NCBI GenBank assembly: GCA_903884455.1
Contig: CAISEW010000041.1
Location: forward strand, 98,086-162,085
Length of the DNA: 64,000 nucleotides
Source: an uncultured Chloroflexota bacterium
GTDB lineage: Bacteria; Chloroflexota; Dehalococcoidia; GIF9; AB-539-J10
Reading direction: 5' to 3'
Positions 63,580-64,000 of the stretch are shown piece by piece (the first letter of the stretch is position 1; each line of letters opens with the position of its first letter). A model generated the notes under the pieces. It ran no database searches. It worked only from the letters and a program-made list of their open reading frames with translations, and was not told the DNA's origin. Position numbers and translations under genes: made by a program.

Positions 63580-64000
63580 CTTCAGCGATAAAGAGAGGGC
63601 TAGTTTTTTTTCGTCGGCCCTGGTGCGAACCTCTCCATTTAATTTTGCCTTATGTAATAGCTGGAGGACCTTTCCCATCTCCGGTCCCGCGGAGATGCCC
63701 AGTCTTTTTAGCTCCTCCCCGTCGAGGGAAGTTCTAACATAGCGCAGTTTTGTGAGAAACAGTTGGAGATGGCGGTGTGCAGTTGTAGATTCTGAAGCTA
63801 TGGCATTTGCCTGTATCGCCAGAGGCTCATATTCCCGGAGCACATAATAAATCTCGCTGGGTTTCAGAGAAGAGTTGCCCAGGAGGTGGAGCCTGGTCTT
63901 GAGGCGTAGCGTATCGCGCAGGGCCCGAGATAATTTTGCCGATATGTTAAGGCGAGCGAGAAATTGCTCAATGCCCCTTTCGCTGAATGAATAAACAAGG
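63574..64000 (-). CDS. C-terminal part of a gene that continues beyond the window end (possibly nucleotidyltransferase/polyA-polymerase family C-terminus)
   Basis: The reading frame is open from 63843 to the window edge with no stop. The listed start at 63843 is a GTG. Only the C-terminal ~140 codons are visible. Confidence 0.3.
   Translation of the reverse strand, partial: LVYSFSERGIEQFLARLNISAKLSRALRDTLRLKTRLHLLGNSSLKPSEIYYVLREYEPLAIQANAIASESTTAHRHLQLFLTKLRYVRTSLDGEELKRLGISAGPEMGKVLQLLHKAKLNGEVRTRADEKKLALSLSLKS

Overview
This 64-kb window is a gene-dense, largely housekeeping region at about 48% GC. The gene content (core-MetE, archaeal-type LeuCD, a corrinoid salvage operon, an AbfD-like Fe-S dehydratase) resembles anaerobic Chloroflexota/Dehalococcoidia genomes. 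That taxonomic guess is inference only.

Recognisable blocks, in order:
- Start of window: mtnP plus a core-MetE-like gene, then rpiB, tsaC and guaA.
- A purine cluster, purD-purE-purB-[AbfD/HpaB-like]-purC, followed by pfkA.
- A corrinoid-uptake operon on the minus strand (btuF-like SBP, Dph6-like PP-loop ATPase, cobO, btuC, btuD).
- nth, leuCD, and a nucleoside hydrolase plus ribokinase pair.
- A MiaB-like methylthiotransferase, recJ, lgt, ftsY, fur, and an MrfA-like DEAD/DUF1998 helicase coupled to a DUF503 gene.
- gap, eno, a two-component system with an HtrA protease and a MacB/FtsX-type ABC pair, pth, ligA, a long-form SRP RNA, a beta-oxidation-like trio (acyl-CoA ligase, SDR, hbd), rsmA and ispE.

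Three things stand out beyond ordinary annotation:
1. A 3.2-kb AT-rich insertion sits exactly between the pth start and the ligA stop. It is bounded by a 9-bp direct repeat (CTTAGAGTT). It carries a 531-aa non-group-II reverse transcriptase with a YVDD active site, followed by a small YprB/PolB-like DEDDy 3'-5' exonuclease homolog. Noncoding DNA flanks both genes on both sides. This looks like an uncharacterised defence-type RT/exonuclease module.
2. A dispersed family of ~90-bp composite palindromic elements (GTCATTGCGAG...CTCGCAATGAC) occurs in at least seven full or half copies. Two of them overlap the 5' ends of nth and eno. A second family of short CTCTCCC-N4-GGGAGAG hairpins is also present.
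3. Several unusual gene contexts: a PP-loop ATPase inside the B12 uptake operon, a glutaminase-less AsnB-like enzyme with a zinc ribbon next to a GNAT, and two paralogous YprB-like exonucleases, one of which is the RT partner.
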